A DNA stretch of 64,000 bases. Source: a virus. The notes beneath the pieces were generated by a model. That model ran no database searches and was not told the DNA's origin. It saw only the letters and a program-made list of their open reading frames with translations. Below are positions 9,509 through 19,280 of this stretch, piece after piece. Both the position numbers and the translations under genes were made by a program. How positions within the stretch are numbered: the first letter of the stretch is position 1; every line of letters begins with the position of its first letter. The stretch is from the IMG/VR virus record IMGVR_UViG_3300003702_000965, positions 19,951 through 83,950 of that record, one strand, 5' to 3'.

Positions 9509-12500
9509 TGCCAACACCATTAGCAGAATTAGTAGCGCCCATTAAGAAGGGTTCATTAGGAGGTGCTCAGGTAGCAGACGTAGGAAAGATTTGCGATAGT
9601 GAACTCAAGGCCTCCGATGACGATCCTAGCGAGGGGGATAATAATGGGACCGAAACAGACCATAGTAAATTCGTATATCACAGAGATAGAGTCGTAGACA
9701 AATATTCCGTTACAAGAGACACTATAAATGAGGGGACCGCTGCTACATTAAGTTACAATAATTCAGACCAAAAGTCGACTTCTCCTAATTTATACGTAGA
9801 AACTAATGCGAAAGCAGAGGCAGACGTAGTTTTACTTCCAACCCAAGCAGTTTCGAATTCTAACGAAGATGAAGGTGATTACGCCTATCTTGAGCCTTCT
9901 GTAAATTATGATTCTGACGGTAAGGAAAAGTGTTCCAGAACAACTAATAATTTATTCAAGCCATCTGAATTGGTGGAACTTCACTCAAAAGAAAGCACTA
10001 CATTAGATTCTCCTTTTAAGGCCACCAGAGCAAAAGGGGAGTACCAGTCGGAAACAATCCTAAACGCAAACAATTATAAAACTGGTCCCTCACCAAACGG
10101 AATGACCGTAGAATTGAATGACGGATTTTGTTTTATAGCTTCAATAGACAATGCTGCCGAGTACGGAACTTTACTGTTGAATTTCAAACAGTCTCACCCC
10201 GCAAAAAGAGCGATAACCTCTTATATGATAAACAACCATATACAAGATCCGGATAAGTTATTAACTAATCCAAGAACTTTCAAGGGGGTGAACGACGCGG
10301 GGACCACGGAAGGTGGGTATTTTAGTGAGCACTCCATCGACTTTCGGTCAATGCTTACCTCCCAATTATCGCCAGTCTCTCTTTATTCTGCTCCCATGTG
10401 GGTTTATAATAAATCAATAGAAAGTAGAGTTGTTTCTTATCCTCATGGTCACGCTAGCCTGCAAGGTAATGATGATCTTCAAGCTTATATTGGGTATATA
10501 CAAAGCTACAGCAAGAACAATGGGGACAAAAGCGCTGATTTAAATGTATTTTACAGCAGCTCATTTATATCAGAAGATTTCGGCAACTTATCGGTAGCTG
10601 CCCCTTTTACAGATGGAAAAGCTATTCGTACTGTAGTCCCCTATGGGACAAACGTAGCGAGTGCATGCGCCCTCGGAATGGGAAATTTATGTACTAATGC
10701 TAATGCTAGAAGCGATAGGACTAACGAACATCGAACAACTGCATATGGTTCTATAGATTACACTTTGACCCTTCCGCCAAACTACATAGAAGAAGAAGTA
10801 ACTATTGAGCTCAATGAATCAGGTTTGCATGCTGGGTTCCCTAATTCCGCGGGTTCAACTACTGGCGATCCCGATCAGGTTTTATGGAACGCTAATAGTA
10901 ATAATGGAGTTACTAGTCAATTCAAGGGCAACAGGAAGGATCCGGTTAATGGTCGACCTACGGTTTCAAATGTTATAAGAGCTGACTTGGGTTGGAGACC
11001 GTATGAGATAATAGTCTTTAGGGGGACATTAACATATAACAAAAATACCGGTGTGGAATCTCATTCTGAAGATTATGTTGAGTATTTTAGATTTAGAACA
11101 TTTGACACAGTTTTCAAAAAAGAAACTTACAATAGACAAATCGGTTCAGCTAGCGAAAGTGCAGAATCCACAGCGACATCTGCGGAAGGTGGAGATGTCC
11201 ATGAGTATAGCTTCCCAGTAACAGGTTATCACAGGGAGAGTGATGGAGGTTTCGTAATTAATTTTTCTGAAAACTTCAAGACCTCTGATTTTTCACCGCA
11301 AAATAAACTCAAGGTCGCTGTAATACAGGACATAGTTGTAGATCCTGACGCGGTAAAAGCCACGTTCAGCAGTGCCGTTATAAATGCTATTCTTCCGGAT
11401 GAAGGCAGGGTATTTTCTCCGATATTCGAAGACACCCTGCAAGTTTTAAACAAAGATGAGGGCCTGTTTTTCGACACTAGCAGAGATTCCGCTAAATATA
11501 GTCGACCTTTCGGATATGGAAACTCTTATTCAACAGTAGAAGATCCAAATTCGCCTACTGGACTCACATATTTAACCCATTTCTTTTGTCTTTCTTATGA
11601 AGTAGATTTGGAAGATGCGTATTATGGAAATAATGCTTGTTTCAATTCTAACAGCTTTATAAGAGCTGGTACTGGCGGGCCAAGTGCCTTTGAGGGTACG
11701 GTTGCAACAGAATGGGAGCATCCAAATTATGATTGCACAAATTTTGGTGATCTTGCTATTGATTTTCCCGGATTACCTTGGGTAATCAATAGTTATGAAA
11801 ATCCTGTTCAAATACAAGATCCAATAACCTCGGTGAAATATCCCACTGATCCGACTCAAAGAAGTTGCTCAATCCCCATTTTCCCGGGGCAAGACATAAC
11901 TCAAATGGACCCAGATGGTAACAATGTAACACAGACCGCTGCAGAATGGGGATATGCTTTTTCGGGCGGTCTTGCCGTAAGAAGAGACACTTCGCCTGAT
12001 GTTCCATTCGAATATATAAATGATACAGTTTTTAGTGACCCGGTTTGTGTAGCTGGATACGTAAATGGTTATAGGGAAACTTCTTGGTTCGCGAGAGATT
12101 TAGTTGCGGCTTATAGTGAAACTAGGTTCAATCAAATTAAAGACGCAGATTACGGAATTTTTTCTGAAGAGCATAATGGCGTAAATTTTATTATGCCGGT
12201 ACCTTGGACGTTGGGAATACAACTCATAAAACCTGAAAATATAAACGGAATAGACTTGGATTCTGTAAGATGCTCTCTGGACAGAGACTCTTTCCACTCA
12301 AAAGCATTAGGCCCGGAAGAAGGAGAAAGTGACACGTTGAATGGTGTTGGTTATCATTGTGGAGAATGCGAGGATCTTGCCGAACCGCCTTCTGCAGAAT
12401 TTGACGATGACCCGCCAACAAAACATGGTAAAGTGAAGAAGGGCTTTCCCCTGACGGATACATTAAATGATCACAGGTCATATGTCAGAATTCATGACGG

Positions 12501-12519
12501 AGCTAATTTAAATCCATAA
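9508..12519 (+). CDS. Large acidic hypothetical protein, probably virion-associated
   Basis: 1003 aa, D/N/S/T-rich, coupled to phoH stop; no family motif recognised. Confidence 0.4.
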   Translation: MPTPLAELVAPIKKGSLGGAQVADVGKICDSELKASDDDPSEGDNNGTETDHSKFVYHRDRVVDKYSVTRDTINEGTAATLSYNNSDQKSTSPNLYVETNAKAEADVVLLPTQAVSNSNEDEGDYAYLEPSVNYDSDGKEKCSRTTNNLFKPSELVELHSKESTTLDSPFKATRAKGEYQSETILNANNYKTGPSPNGMTVELNDGFCFIASIDNAAEYGTLLLNFKQSHPAKRAITSYMINNHIQDPDKLLTNPRTFKGVNDAGTTEGGYFSEHSIDFRSMLTSQLSPVSLYSAPMWVYNKSIESRVVSYPHGHASLQGNDDLQAYIGYIQSYSKNNGDKSADLNVFYSSSFISEDFGNLSVAAPFTDGKAIRTVVPYGTNVASACALGMGNLCTNANARSDRTNEHRTTAYGSIDYTLTLPPNYIEEEVTIELNESGLHAGFPNSAGSTTGDPDQVLWNANSNNGVTSQFKGNRKDPVNGRPTVSNVIRADLGWRPYEIIVFRGTLTYNKNTGVESHSEDYVEYFRFRTFDTVFKKETYNRQIGSASESAESTATSAEGGDVHEYSFPVTGYHRESDGGFVINFSENFKTSDFSPQNKLKVAVIQDIVVDPDAVKATFSSAVINAILPDEGRVFSPIFEDTLQVLNKDEGLFFDTSRDSAKYSRPFGYGNSYSTVEDPNSPTGLTYLTHFFCLSYEVDLEDAYYGNNACFNSNSFIRAGTGGPSAFEGTVATEWEHPNYDCTNFGDLAIDFPGLPWVINSYENPVQIQDPITSVKYPTDPTQRSCSIPIFPGQDITQMDPDGNNVTQTAAEWGYAFSGGLAVRRDTSPDVPFEYINDTVFSDPVCVAGYVNGYRETSWFARDLVAAYSETRFNQIKDADYGIFSEEHNGVNFIMPVPWTLGIQLIKPENINGIDLDSVRCSLDRDSFHSKALGPEEGESDTLNGVGYHCGECEDLAEPPSAEFDDDPPTKHGKVKKGFPLTDTLNDHRSYVRIHDGANLNP

Positions 12520-12520
12520 A

Positions 12521-14350
12521 ATGCCAGACACATATAAAACTACATATAGGGTCGAAAAAGAGAAACAATTTACGCTAGAAGGGAAACAGGTGAATGTAGC
12601 TGGTTTTGTTTCTAGTTGCGATTATTGTGAACCGTGTCATGACGAGGCGGAGGGCATAGACAGCTTATCCGTATGGGAAAATGGAGAAACTACAATAAGA
12701 TTTTTCCCACACGTAACCGATCAAAATGGTCCCGACTATACAGCCAGATCAACTGAACTTATTAATTCGGTAGGCACAATCCCACGGACTTCGTTTGCCT
12801 ACGGAATTGGTGTAGATGGACTGGCCGATCCCTCAATAGCTAATCCTGACTGGGTAGATGGCGGGGGTTTCTATTTCAAAAAAAGAACTCCTGCGTTTCT
12901 AGTCTCATCCGATCCTCCCACGAACGATCCAAACATTGATGAAGATGGAAACCATCTAAGAGATGTGCATGGTGATCTAGTGGAACCTAGGAAACCTATT
13001 TGCGAGTATTTAATCGAAGTGAACTGGAGCGCGGTTATGGATAACCAAATATTAAATTGGTTCAGGGGTGGGCCAGATAGGATGGCTTTTTTGGTGGTGA
13101 ACAGACACACAGATCGCATGGCTGAAAACAATGTTTTTCCGTCCCAACCTTTCGTATATAGCGAAGGTATCCATGCGAATCCAGACCTCAAAGGGGGTAT
13201 TATACAGCAATATTTTCATTTCTTGAATCATACCGGAAGTGTCGGCGCATCGGGAATAACTGGAGATGGAATAGAGCGGGCATATCCTTCTGGAAAATTC
13301 TTTTTTAAGGCAAAGTCTTATGATTCTTTTTGGATTGAATTTTATGAGTACGGCAGGAGGGGATTCAGCAATGAAGAGCTAATGGCAAGAGAAAGCAATG
13401 AAAATGACGAAAACATGTTTAGAGTCGAGTATGCCGAAATGAACGACGCTACTTCATGGGGCTTAGAGGCTCCCGAAACGTATGGCCCCGGACTAGCTAC
13501 GGCAGTTGTTAATTGGTCGAAGAGCCTTAATGATTATGATTCGTTTTATGACTTTTCACTTGGGTATACAACCTCGCAAAGAATAGATCTAGGGGTAATT
13601 CATAAAATGAAAGATGATGTTAAAAACTATAATGACACTTTACCGGAGCTAAGAAGAATGGGAGCTTTTGCGAGGTACAACAGAGGGGTATTTGAGGGTG
13701 GAAATGTTTTTTATGATGTTATAGATCCGGAAACAGGAGAGATTGTAGTTGATGAAGAAACAGGAGAAAATGTAGTTAATGAAATTTCCGACTCTGAACT
13801 GAAATATAATAGGTTAGGCGCTGATGGAACAGACAACCCTCTTTCCGGCGGAACGTACAATATGAAATACGAATTACCAGCGACGTTAGGTAGTCACTCC
13901 GCTTACGATTTAAATTTAGGACTTGCAGATCCTATTAATTACGACTGGAGGAGGGGCGACCCTGAAACCTTAAATACAAACGAATCGACCAATATTGACC
14001 ACAACAACATCAAAATGACATTTAAAAAACATTTGATCGTCAGCCCTTCTTTTGCATATGTACCGTCTGAAGATGCGAGCAAAAGCTTAACAAACAAAAC
14101 AGTAGCCTTCGCTCCTTATATGGAAATTAAATCCTTTGGTTTTTTGGGTCATGGTCGAGCAGGACTTAATCATCCTCTCGGCGACATCGACTCGGACCAT
14201 GATGTTAAAGTAGGAGGCGCAGCGTATCCGCATGGATCAACCGAAGGTAATAGATTTACTAAAAATATGGGAGACGGAAAACAGGCTCCCACAAATAAAG
14301 TGGCCAGACCGGGGCAATTATTGCATCACACTTTAGCAGTAGAGAAATAA
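12521..14350 (+). CDS. Large acidic hypothetical protein, probably virion-associated
   Basis: 609 aa; N-terminal CxxCxxC; last gene of the plus-strand block. Confidence 0.4.
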   Translation: MPDTYKTTYRVEKEKQFTLEGKQVNVAGFVSSCDYCEPCHDEAEGIDSLSVWENGETTIRFFPHVTDQNGPDYTARSTELINSVGTIPRTSFAYGIGVDGLADPSIANPDWVDGGGFYFKKRTPAFLVSSDPPTNDPNIDEDGNHLRDVHGDLVEPRKPICEYLIEVNWSAVMDNQILNWFRGGPDRMAFLVVNRHTDRMAENNVFPSQPFVYSEGIHANPDLKGGIIQQYFHFLNHTGSVGASGITGDGIERAYPSGKFFFKAKSYDSFWIEFYEYGRRGFSNEELMARESNENDENMFRVEYAEMNDATSWGLEAPETYGPGLATAVVNWSKSLNDYDSFYDFSLGYTTSQRIDLGVIHKMKDDVKNYNDTLPELRRMGAFARYNRGVFEGGNVFYDVIDPETGEIVVDEETGENVVNEISDSELKYNRLGADGTDNPLSGGTYNMKYELPATLGSHSAYDLNLGLADPINYDWRRGDPETLNTNESTNIDHNNIKMTFKKHLIVSPSFAYVPSEDASKSLTNKTVAFAPYMEIKSFGFLGHGRAGLNHPLGDIDSDHDVKVGGAAYPHGSTEGNRFTKNMGDGKQAPTNKVARPGQLLHHTLAVEK

Positions 14351-14500
14351 CTATCTTGGGTTTTTCTTTTCTCTTGATACTGACCTGTTTCTCATTGGTC
14401 TTATTTGACCTTTTTGAGTATATGCCCCACCTGATTTGACGGCTTCGTTCCTTTCTTTGGAATCATTAGCTTTTTTCAATCTTGATGCTGCTGTTGCCAT
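14351..14500 (-). CDS. Small basic protein (49 aa, MATAASRLKKAND...EKKNPR), not in the ORF track
   Basis: Hand-translated; its stop abuts the convergent gene's stop at 14350; GTGTAT motif 8 nt upstream of the ATG. Confidence 0.6.
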   Translation of the reverse strand: MATAASRLKKANDSKERNEAVKSGGAYTQKGQIRPMRNRSVSREKKNPR

Positions 14501-14521
14501 ATAAACAAATACACTAAAGAA

Positions 14522-14746
14522 CTAATAAGGCCACAAAACTACACAGTTTTGATGCTCTTGTTCTTCTAGCTCTATTGGGTCGTCGAACACAGCAACAGGC
14601 TCGCCAATAGAACATTGCAAGTCAATTCCTATATCTTCTATTAGGGAAAACTTATGTCTTTCGTTGTCGTTTTTATAAGCAAGAACAACTTCAGATTTGC
14701 CGTCTTCGTTTTCTAGGAGTGAAATTAGCTCCTCTACATTCATCAA
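14522..14746 (-). CDS. Hypothetical acidic protein
   Basis: 'MNVEELISLLE...VVL' start typical of small phage proteins; GTGTAT motif at 14761-14766. Confidence 0.65.
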   Translation of the reverse strand: MMNVEELISLLENEDGKSEVVLAYKNDNERHKFSLIEDIGIDLQCSIGEPVAVFDDPIELEEQEHQNCVVLWPY

Positions 14747-14766
14747 TCGCTAATAGAAGAATACAC

Positions 14767-14794
14767 AAAAAAACCCCCAGTAAGAAACTGGGGG
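14767..14794 (-). terminator. Intrinsic terminator directly followed by a GTGTA motif
   Basis: CCCCCAG/CTGGGGG stem (14774-14794) then T7 on the minus strand. Confidence 0.8.
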
Positions 14795-14813
14795 CTAAAT
14801 AGATGTGTATTTT

Positions 14814-15359
14814 TTATTCTCCGGGCTTGTTTACGTCGATGACTTTATCTCTGTTGTTTTTAAATTCTTTACGAATTTCCTTGATGCGCTTGCTGACTTC
14901 CTCTCGGTGAGATTTCATTTTCTCATACCATTCCTTTCTCCCAGCGGCCATTTTCTCTCTAAGAGCTTTCTTCTCATCGTCCGTGGCATCTTTCCACGCT
15001 TTCCTATCAAAGCCTTTCCAGCCCTTCTTAGAGGCAGCAGCGAAAGCCTCTTTCAGCTCCTTAATTTTAGCATCGTCTCTTACAAGCTTCCCAAAGCTTC
15101 CACCTTTCTTATCGCCCTTCTTGGGACCATGAACCTTGTGTCCCCGTTTCTTTGCGTCATTATGGCGTTTGCTACGTTTCTCAAAAGCGGCCTTGAGGCG
15201 ATCCTTCACCTTCTCTTTGTCCCACTTACCCTTCTCGGGCCTTTCCTTCTTTGGCTTGTCCGGTTTGGGATCAGGTTTAGGAACTTGAGCTTGCGAGATT
15301 GTTAACGCTGATGCCACAATGGCCACCAGCCCGACTTTAAGTATGCGTTTAACAAACAT
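14814..15359 (-). CDS. Secreted/periplasmic Lys/Glu/Arg-rich helical protein
   Basis: Signal peptide (MFVKRILKVGLVAIVASALTISQA), PK-rich linker, charged helices; own GTGTAA motif and terminator. Confidence 0.75.
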   Translation of the reverse strand: MFVKRILKVGLVAIVASALTISQAQVPKPDPKPDKPKKERPEKGKWDKEKVKDRLKAAFEKRSKRHNDAKKRGHKVHGPKKGDKKGGSFGKLVRDDAKIKELKEAFAAASKKGWKGFDRKAWKDATDDEKKALREKMAAGRKEWYEKMKSHREEVSKRIKEIRKEFKNNRDKVIDVNKPGE

Positions 15360-15388
15360 AACATATATTACACTGCAGAAACCATGCC

Positions 15389-15418
15389 AAAAAGAAAACC
15401 CCCTTTTTACAGGGGGTT
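15389..15418 (-). terminator. Intrinsic terminator downstream of the RNR gene
   Basis: AACCCCCT/AGGGGGTT stem followed by a T-rich tract on the minus strand. Confidence 0.75.
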
Positions 15419-15490
15419 CTCAGGTTTTATCTACTCTAACATTACATATGGGGGATTATTCCCCGTTCGGGGTGGGAGCTATTTCCCAAA

Positions 15491-17461
15491 TTAATTTATT
15501 TCACAATTTCCTCCAGCGCAAGCTAGCACATCTTGAAGATGCGTGTCGTCGTGAATTTCCTCAAGCAACGAGTAATCCATAGGAGCCATAGAAGAAGCTA
15601 ACCTATTGAAAATCTTTTCGTCATTTTCGGACGTTACGTTTTCCATAGGAGCTTGCTTGAAGTCTTTGTCTCCAGTTGCGGCTAGTAGAGATACGGCCGC
15701 AAAAAAATCTCTATTATCGTAAAGATATTGAGCTACTTTATCCCATTCTCCATCTTCGACTACAACTGTACAGCTTACCGAATGCGTGGTTTTCTTTTTG
15801 TTGTATTTTGTCGTGCCCGGGAGAACCCAGTTTTCTTGGGTGGATTTTATATAATTCAAATGTTTGAAAGTATCTAAATCTGCTTTAGTCAGAGCGCCGT
15901 TAGTTATGTTTATTGGAAAAGTGACAACATCATCCGTTTTATTGGCGCTCCAGACGCTTTCTTCACATAATTTATCATTAAACATCTTAAAGAACTGATA
16001 AACAGAATCTATTTTGTTACATTGGACTCTACGAAAGTATCTTCGACTATGGTGGGGATGGATTCCGGAGGAGGACCCCAAGATAAGGCTCGAGGTTCCC
16101 TCTGGTTTAACACAAGTAACTCTTGCGGCAGGCTTTATCTTGAGTTTTTTAGCCCATTCTTCATTAGTTTTTACTGCTATTTCAGCGCATTCCTTTTGAT
16201 GCTTGGAGTTAAGCAGCGTTTTGGGGTTATCCATTATCCCGGTTATTGACACTCCAAGTAAAGCTTCTTCCTCAGTAAGCTCTTTAGAAGCGTTTCTCAA
16301 ATAGTGGAAATTAGTATATCCAGCCTGAAGAGTCCCTATCAAAGCTGCTCCCCAAGAATGGTCTCGAAACTCTTTCGAAGTGTGTGTTTGTGAACCATTG
16401 ATAGATGTTAAATTACAAAATTGCACGCCGCATCTGCCGTCTTTAGTAACGGGAACAAACCCAATCTCGCGACATGGATTAGAGAGGGTATCTTCGTGAT
16501 CTGCGAAAATGAATCCGGGTTCTCCGAATTCTCTAGATCTAGTTAAGACTTGCTTAAAGTTCTCTTCGGTAACCTTTTTTCTTAGAAAGAGGACTGAATT
16601 ATTGCTTCTCGCTCTTTGAGGATTTTCTTCAATCCAATTCCCTGTTTTGGCGTTCATCATTTCTTCGTCGTCAGAGTCAAAAACGACAGAAGTAGCTGCT
16701 CTCCTAATTCCGCCACTTAAAACGGCGTCGGCACAATGCATTAAAATATCATAAGCGTTTATTGGGGCCATTCTAGTTTGGGTCTTGTTTTCTATGAGCT
16801 CATCTAGAAGGTTCTTAATTTTAGCGTGCGCTGCCTTAAGCCCGCTGTATCCCGGTGCTTTTCCTCCTCCGGTTTTCAGCTTCGCGCCTTTTCTGCGTAT
16901 CTTAGAGTAGTCAAAAACAACTTTCCTACCCGTGAATGGTGTTTGCTTGAAAAAGCTGTCGAGAAGAACTTCTACGCTGTCAGCCCAACCTTCTATGCTG
17001 TCCTCTACGGCGTAAGTTACGACAATACCTGTTTTGTTCTCGGCTCCGACGAGGTCTGGAAGTCTATTGAGGTATTTCTTGGTGATTCCAAAATCAACTC
17101 CACATCCGCAAAGAAGCAAATAAAAACATTCAGAAAACGATCTTATTGAGTCCATATGCCTACAAGAACAATTAAAAATTCTTGCGTTATGAGCGAATAC
17201 GGCTTCACCCCCAAACTGCATTGACCTCATGGAGGGAACTATCTTTTTTTCTCTTACTAAATCGAACGCTTCGTTTATTTTAGCCTTGTCCTCATCTGGG
17301 AGAAAGTCGTATCTGCTAAGATGCATTTCTTCTACTCTGGAAACCGCTTCTTCCCATGTTTCTCGTCTTTTATTCTTCTCGCTGTATCTAGCGTACTTGC
17401 TGGTAAATATGAATTTTGAAATCTCTTCTAATCCGTTGGCTTTAGTCTCTATTTTGCTCAT
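15491..17461 (-). CDS. nrdJ: Class II (adenosylcobalamin-dependent) ribonucleotide reductase
   Basis: 'RRETWEE', 'FNC', 'GGIRRAA', 'GEPG', 'NPCREI', 'FCNLT', 'KPEGTSS', C-terminal 'CAGGNCE'; no small-subunit gene nearby. Confidence 0.9.
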   Translation of the reverse strand: MSKIETKANGLEEISKFIFTSKYARYSEKNKRRETWEEAVSRVEEMHLSRYDFLPDEDKAKINEAFDLVREKKIVPSMRSMQFGGEAVFAHNARIFNCSCRHMDSIRSFSECFYLLLCGCGVDFGITKKYLNRLPDLVGAENKTGIVVTYAVEDSIEGWADSVEVLLDSFFKQTPFTGRKVVFDYSKIRRKGAKLKTGGGKAPGYSGLKAAHAKIKNLLDELIENKTQTRMAPINAYDILMHCADAVLSGGIRRAATSVVFDSDDEEMMNAKTGNWIEENPQRARSNNSVLFLRKKVTEENFKQVLTRSREFGEPGFIFADHEDTLSNPCREIGFVPVTKDGRCGVQFCNLTSINGSQTHTSKEFRDHSWGAALIGTLQAGYTNFHYLRNASKELTEEEALLGVSITGIMDNPKTLLNSKHQKECAEIAVKTNEEWAKKLKIKPAARVTCVKPEGTSSLILGSSSGIHPHHSRRYFRRVQCNKIDSVYQFFKMFNDKLCEESVWSANKTDDVVTFPINITNGALTKADLDTFKHLNYIKSTQENWVLPGTTKYNKKKTTHSVSCTVVVEDGEWDKVAQYLYDNRDFFAAVSLLAATGDKDFKQAPMENVTSENDEKIFNRLASSMAPMDYSLLEEIHDDTHLQDVLACAGGNCEIN

Positions 17462-17586
17462 TTCAGTAAGTTCTATTATTAATTACAGGCCCTGCGCCAA
17501 TAGGGAAAGACTTTCATTTAAAACCTTTTTAGGGCTTTTATGGTGGGTCAATTTTACCCTCGAAGTGCTTTCCGAACGCCGTTTTT

Positions 17587-17615
17587 AGGGTATCAAACTC
17601 TTTGGGGGGAGTCAA
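17587..17615 (-). promoter_or_regulatory. Sigma70-like promoter for nrdJ
   Basis: TTGACT-N17-TACCCT with AAAGAGT at spacer positions 7-13. Confidence 0.6.
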
Positions 17616-17617
17616 GC

Positions 17618-17893
17618 TTATTTGGAGAAAGAAATACTGTCTATTTTATCTTCTAGCTTGTCGAACCTTTCGTGGATAACGGTTATTGCGTGGGAGAGAT
17701 CAGTTTTTGTCACATATTCCTTTGGCAATTCTATGGCAATTTTGGTGAGTCGACTCGTCATTTCATCGTGTTTTCTCCATAACTCGTCTATACTGTGAAA
17801 CAGCCTCTTAATAGTCCACCCAATAAAAATTGCTGCGCAGGCAAAGGCTATGTCTATGATTTGATGGGTTTCAACCATGTTTCCTGCATCCAT
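17618..17893 (-). CDS. Small protein with one TM helix and a coiled coil (holin-like architecture)
   Basis: Hydrophobic 'IAFACAAIFIGWTI' then heptad-like 'LPKEYVTKTDL...FDKLEDKID'. Confidence 0.55.
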   Translation of the reverse strand: MDAGNMVETHQIIDIAFACAAIFIGWTIKRLFHSIDELWRKHDEMTSRLTKIAIELPKEYVTKTDLSHAITVIHERFDKLEDKIDSISFSK

Positions 17894-17895
17894 AA

Positions 17896-18105
17896 TTATC
17901 TAAAAGTCATTTTACTTAGGTCTGCGACCTCAATGTCGTAGTTTTCGTGATCGCCCACAAACCCTTCCTTGAGAAGGTACCAAAACATATTTACACCAAT
18001 TTTTTGGTTATTGAGTCCTTTATCGTTAAGGATGATGATTTTGTTTTTACGTAGAGATATTTTAGTGTCTAGGACCTTGAAAAAATCAATTTTATTGGAT
18101 ATCAT
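17896..18105 (-). CDS. Hypothetical protein
   Basis: Part of a tightly packed minus-strand gene chain. Confidence 0.6.
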   Translation of the reverse strand: MISNKIDFFKVLDTKISLRKNKIIILNDKGLNNQKIGVNMFWYLLKEGFVGDHENYDIEVADLSKMTFR

Positions 18106-18290
18106 GATGGAGATCTTAAGTCGAAAATATCAACCTTCTTACCCATTCCTTGGTTTTTTATCACATGAAAGGTGGATTCATCAAGCACGCCGCTGACTAT
18201 CCCCGTCCAATTATCTGATGGGTCTAATACTGTTACGGTTTTCCCTATCATTCTTTTATTTGCTTCTATTTTTTCTTCGTTATTTGTCAT
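18102..18290 (-). CDS. Hypothetical small beta-rich protein
   Basis: ATGA overlap with next gene; 62 aa. Confidence 0.65.
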   Translation of the reverse strand: MTNNEEKIEANKRMIGKTVTVLDPSDNWTGIVSGVLDESTFHVIKNQGMGKKVDIFDLRSPS

Positions 18291-18591
18291 TTAAGGTTAG
18301 TTGCTTTAAATAGGTTCGGCAATTTCCCGCCAATCCTTCTGTTATAATGATATTTGTTATGATTGTTTCGGTTTCTTTAGGGTCAGTTTCCTTTTCCAGT
18401 TTTGATTGTAGCAGTTTAACCTGTTCTTCGTATTCGGCTAAGCTTTGATTTTGGGTTTCTATCGTGTCTTCTAGTGACATATGAATGCCGCCTTCGGCTA
18501 TTTTCGTTATATCAATAAAATTAGTTTTGCCAACTCTCTCTTTTATTTGGTCTACGATTGATAAGTTTTTTAATTTAGGTATGTTGTCCAT
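18280..18591 (-). CDS. Hypothetical coiled-coil protein
   Basis: Overlapping gene chain. Confidence 0.6.
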   Translation of the reverse strand: MDNIPKLKNLSIVDQIKERVGKTNFIDITKIAEGGIHMSLEDTIETQNQSLAEYEEQVKLLQSKLEKETDPKETETIITNIIITEGLAGNCRTYLKQLTLNDK

Positions 18592-18919
18592 TACTTTCTA
18601 TTGTTAAAAGTTCTTTTTTCTCGTTGTTTATTTTGGCGCAAAATTTAATGGAGTTTTTGTTAGTTAATGGGATCATATATTTCTTAATTTTTTCGATGCT
18701 TTCTTTGGGGGTGGCGGGGATAGAGGCTTGATACATCCTTTCTAAAAGCTGGAGCCTTGCTTCTTTTTGGTTTCCGCAGCAAGTAGAGGTTTTTTGGGCC
18801 GAGTTCCAAACCTTTATTAAGATTTGATATTCCGGAAAATGCTTGTATAACCCTTCATTTTCACTTAGAAACTCAATAAATGCGCTAGCAGAAGAAAAAG
18901 TGAAACAATTATCTGGCAT
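18575..18919 (-). CDS. Hypothetical protein
   Basis: Overlapping gene chain. Confidence 0.6.
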   Translation of the reverse strand: MPDNCFTFSSASAFIEFLSENEGLYKHFPEYQILIKVWNSAQKTSTCCGNQKEARLQLLERMYQASIPATPKESIEKIKKYMIPLTNKNSIKFCAKINNEKKELLTIESNGQHT

Positions 18920-19280
18920 ATTTTTCTAAAATCAAATATATATTATAGATAAACAGGGTCAAGATTACGACTAACGGGAAATATAGCGGCATAATGAATA
19001 CGACAGCTACGCTCATCCAAAAGGTTAAGCAAATAGGGCATGATACTAATTTTGAAAAAAAGTCATCGTTCGTAATTGACAGAAACTCAGAGTAATTTAC
19101 ACTAACTTTAGCTTGATTAACAAAATTTTCGTATTCTTCCAAGTTAAAAAGCTCTTTGATTATCCTTATTTTATCGAGCTTTAATACTTTTATATATTCA
19201 TAAAAAACATTAGTTTTAAGCCAAATTATAAGGACTAGAGAATAAACAAATGGAAGCAAGATTATAGCCCCGTTATCCAT
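18909..19280 (-). CDS. Membrane protein with CxxC motif
   Basis: Hydrophobic segments and 'LVSCPICLTFW'; start at 19280 (MDNG...) preferred to 19304 because it gives a short overlap with the upstream gene. Confidence 0.6.
   Translation of the reverse strand: MDNGAIILLPFVYSLVLIIWLKTNVFYEYIKVLKLDKIRIIKELFNLEEYENFVNQAKVSVNYSEFLSITNDDFFSKLVSCPICLTFWMSVAVVFIMPLYFPLVVILTLFIYNIYLILEKYAR

Noticed and set aside
14805-15305. Plus-strand 166-aa hydrophobic ORF
   Set aside because: Antisense shadow of the K/E-rich gene, which has its own promoter motif, signal peptide and terminator
15450-15488. Overlapping GC hairpins after the nrdJ stop as an ncRNA
   Set aside because: Short and directly upstream of the terminator; adequately explained as 3'-UTR structure
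17462-17586. Cobalamin riboswitch upstream of nrdJ
   Set aside because: No B12-box or other cobalamin riboswitch consensus elements visible
17991-17996. GTGTAA (minus strand) as a promoter
   Set aside because: Inside a coding region, about 100 nt from the next gene start; probably chance
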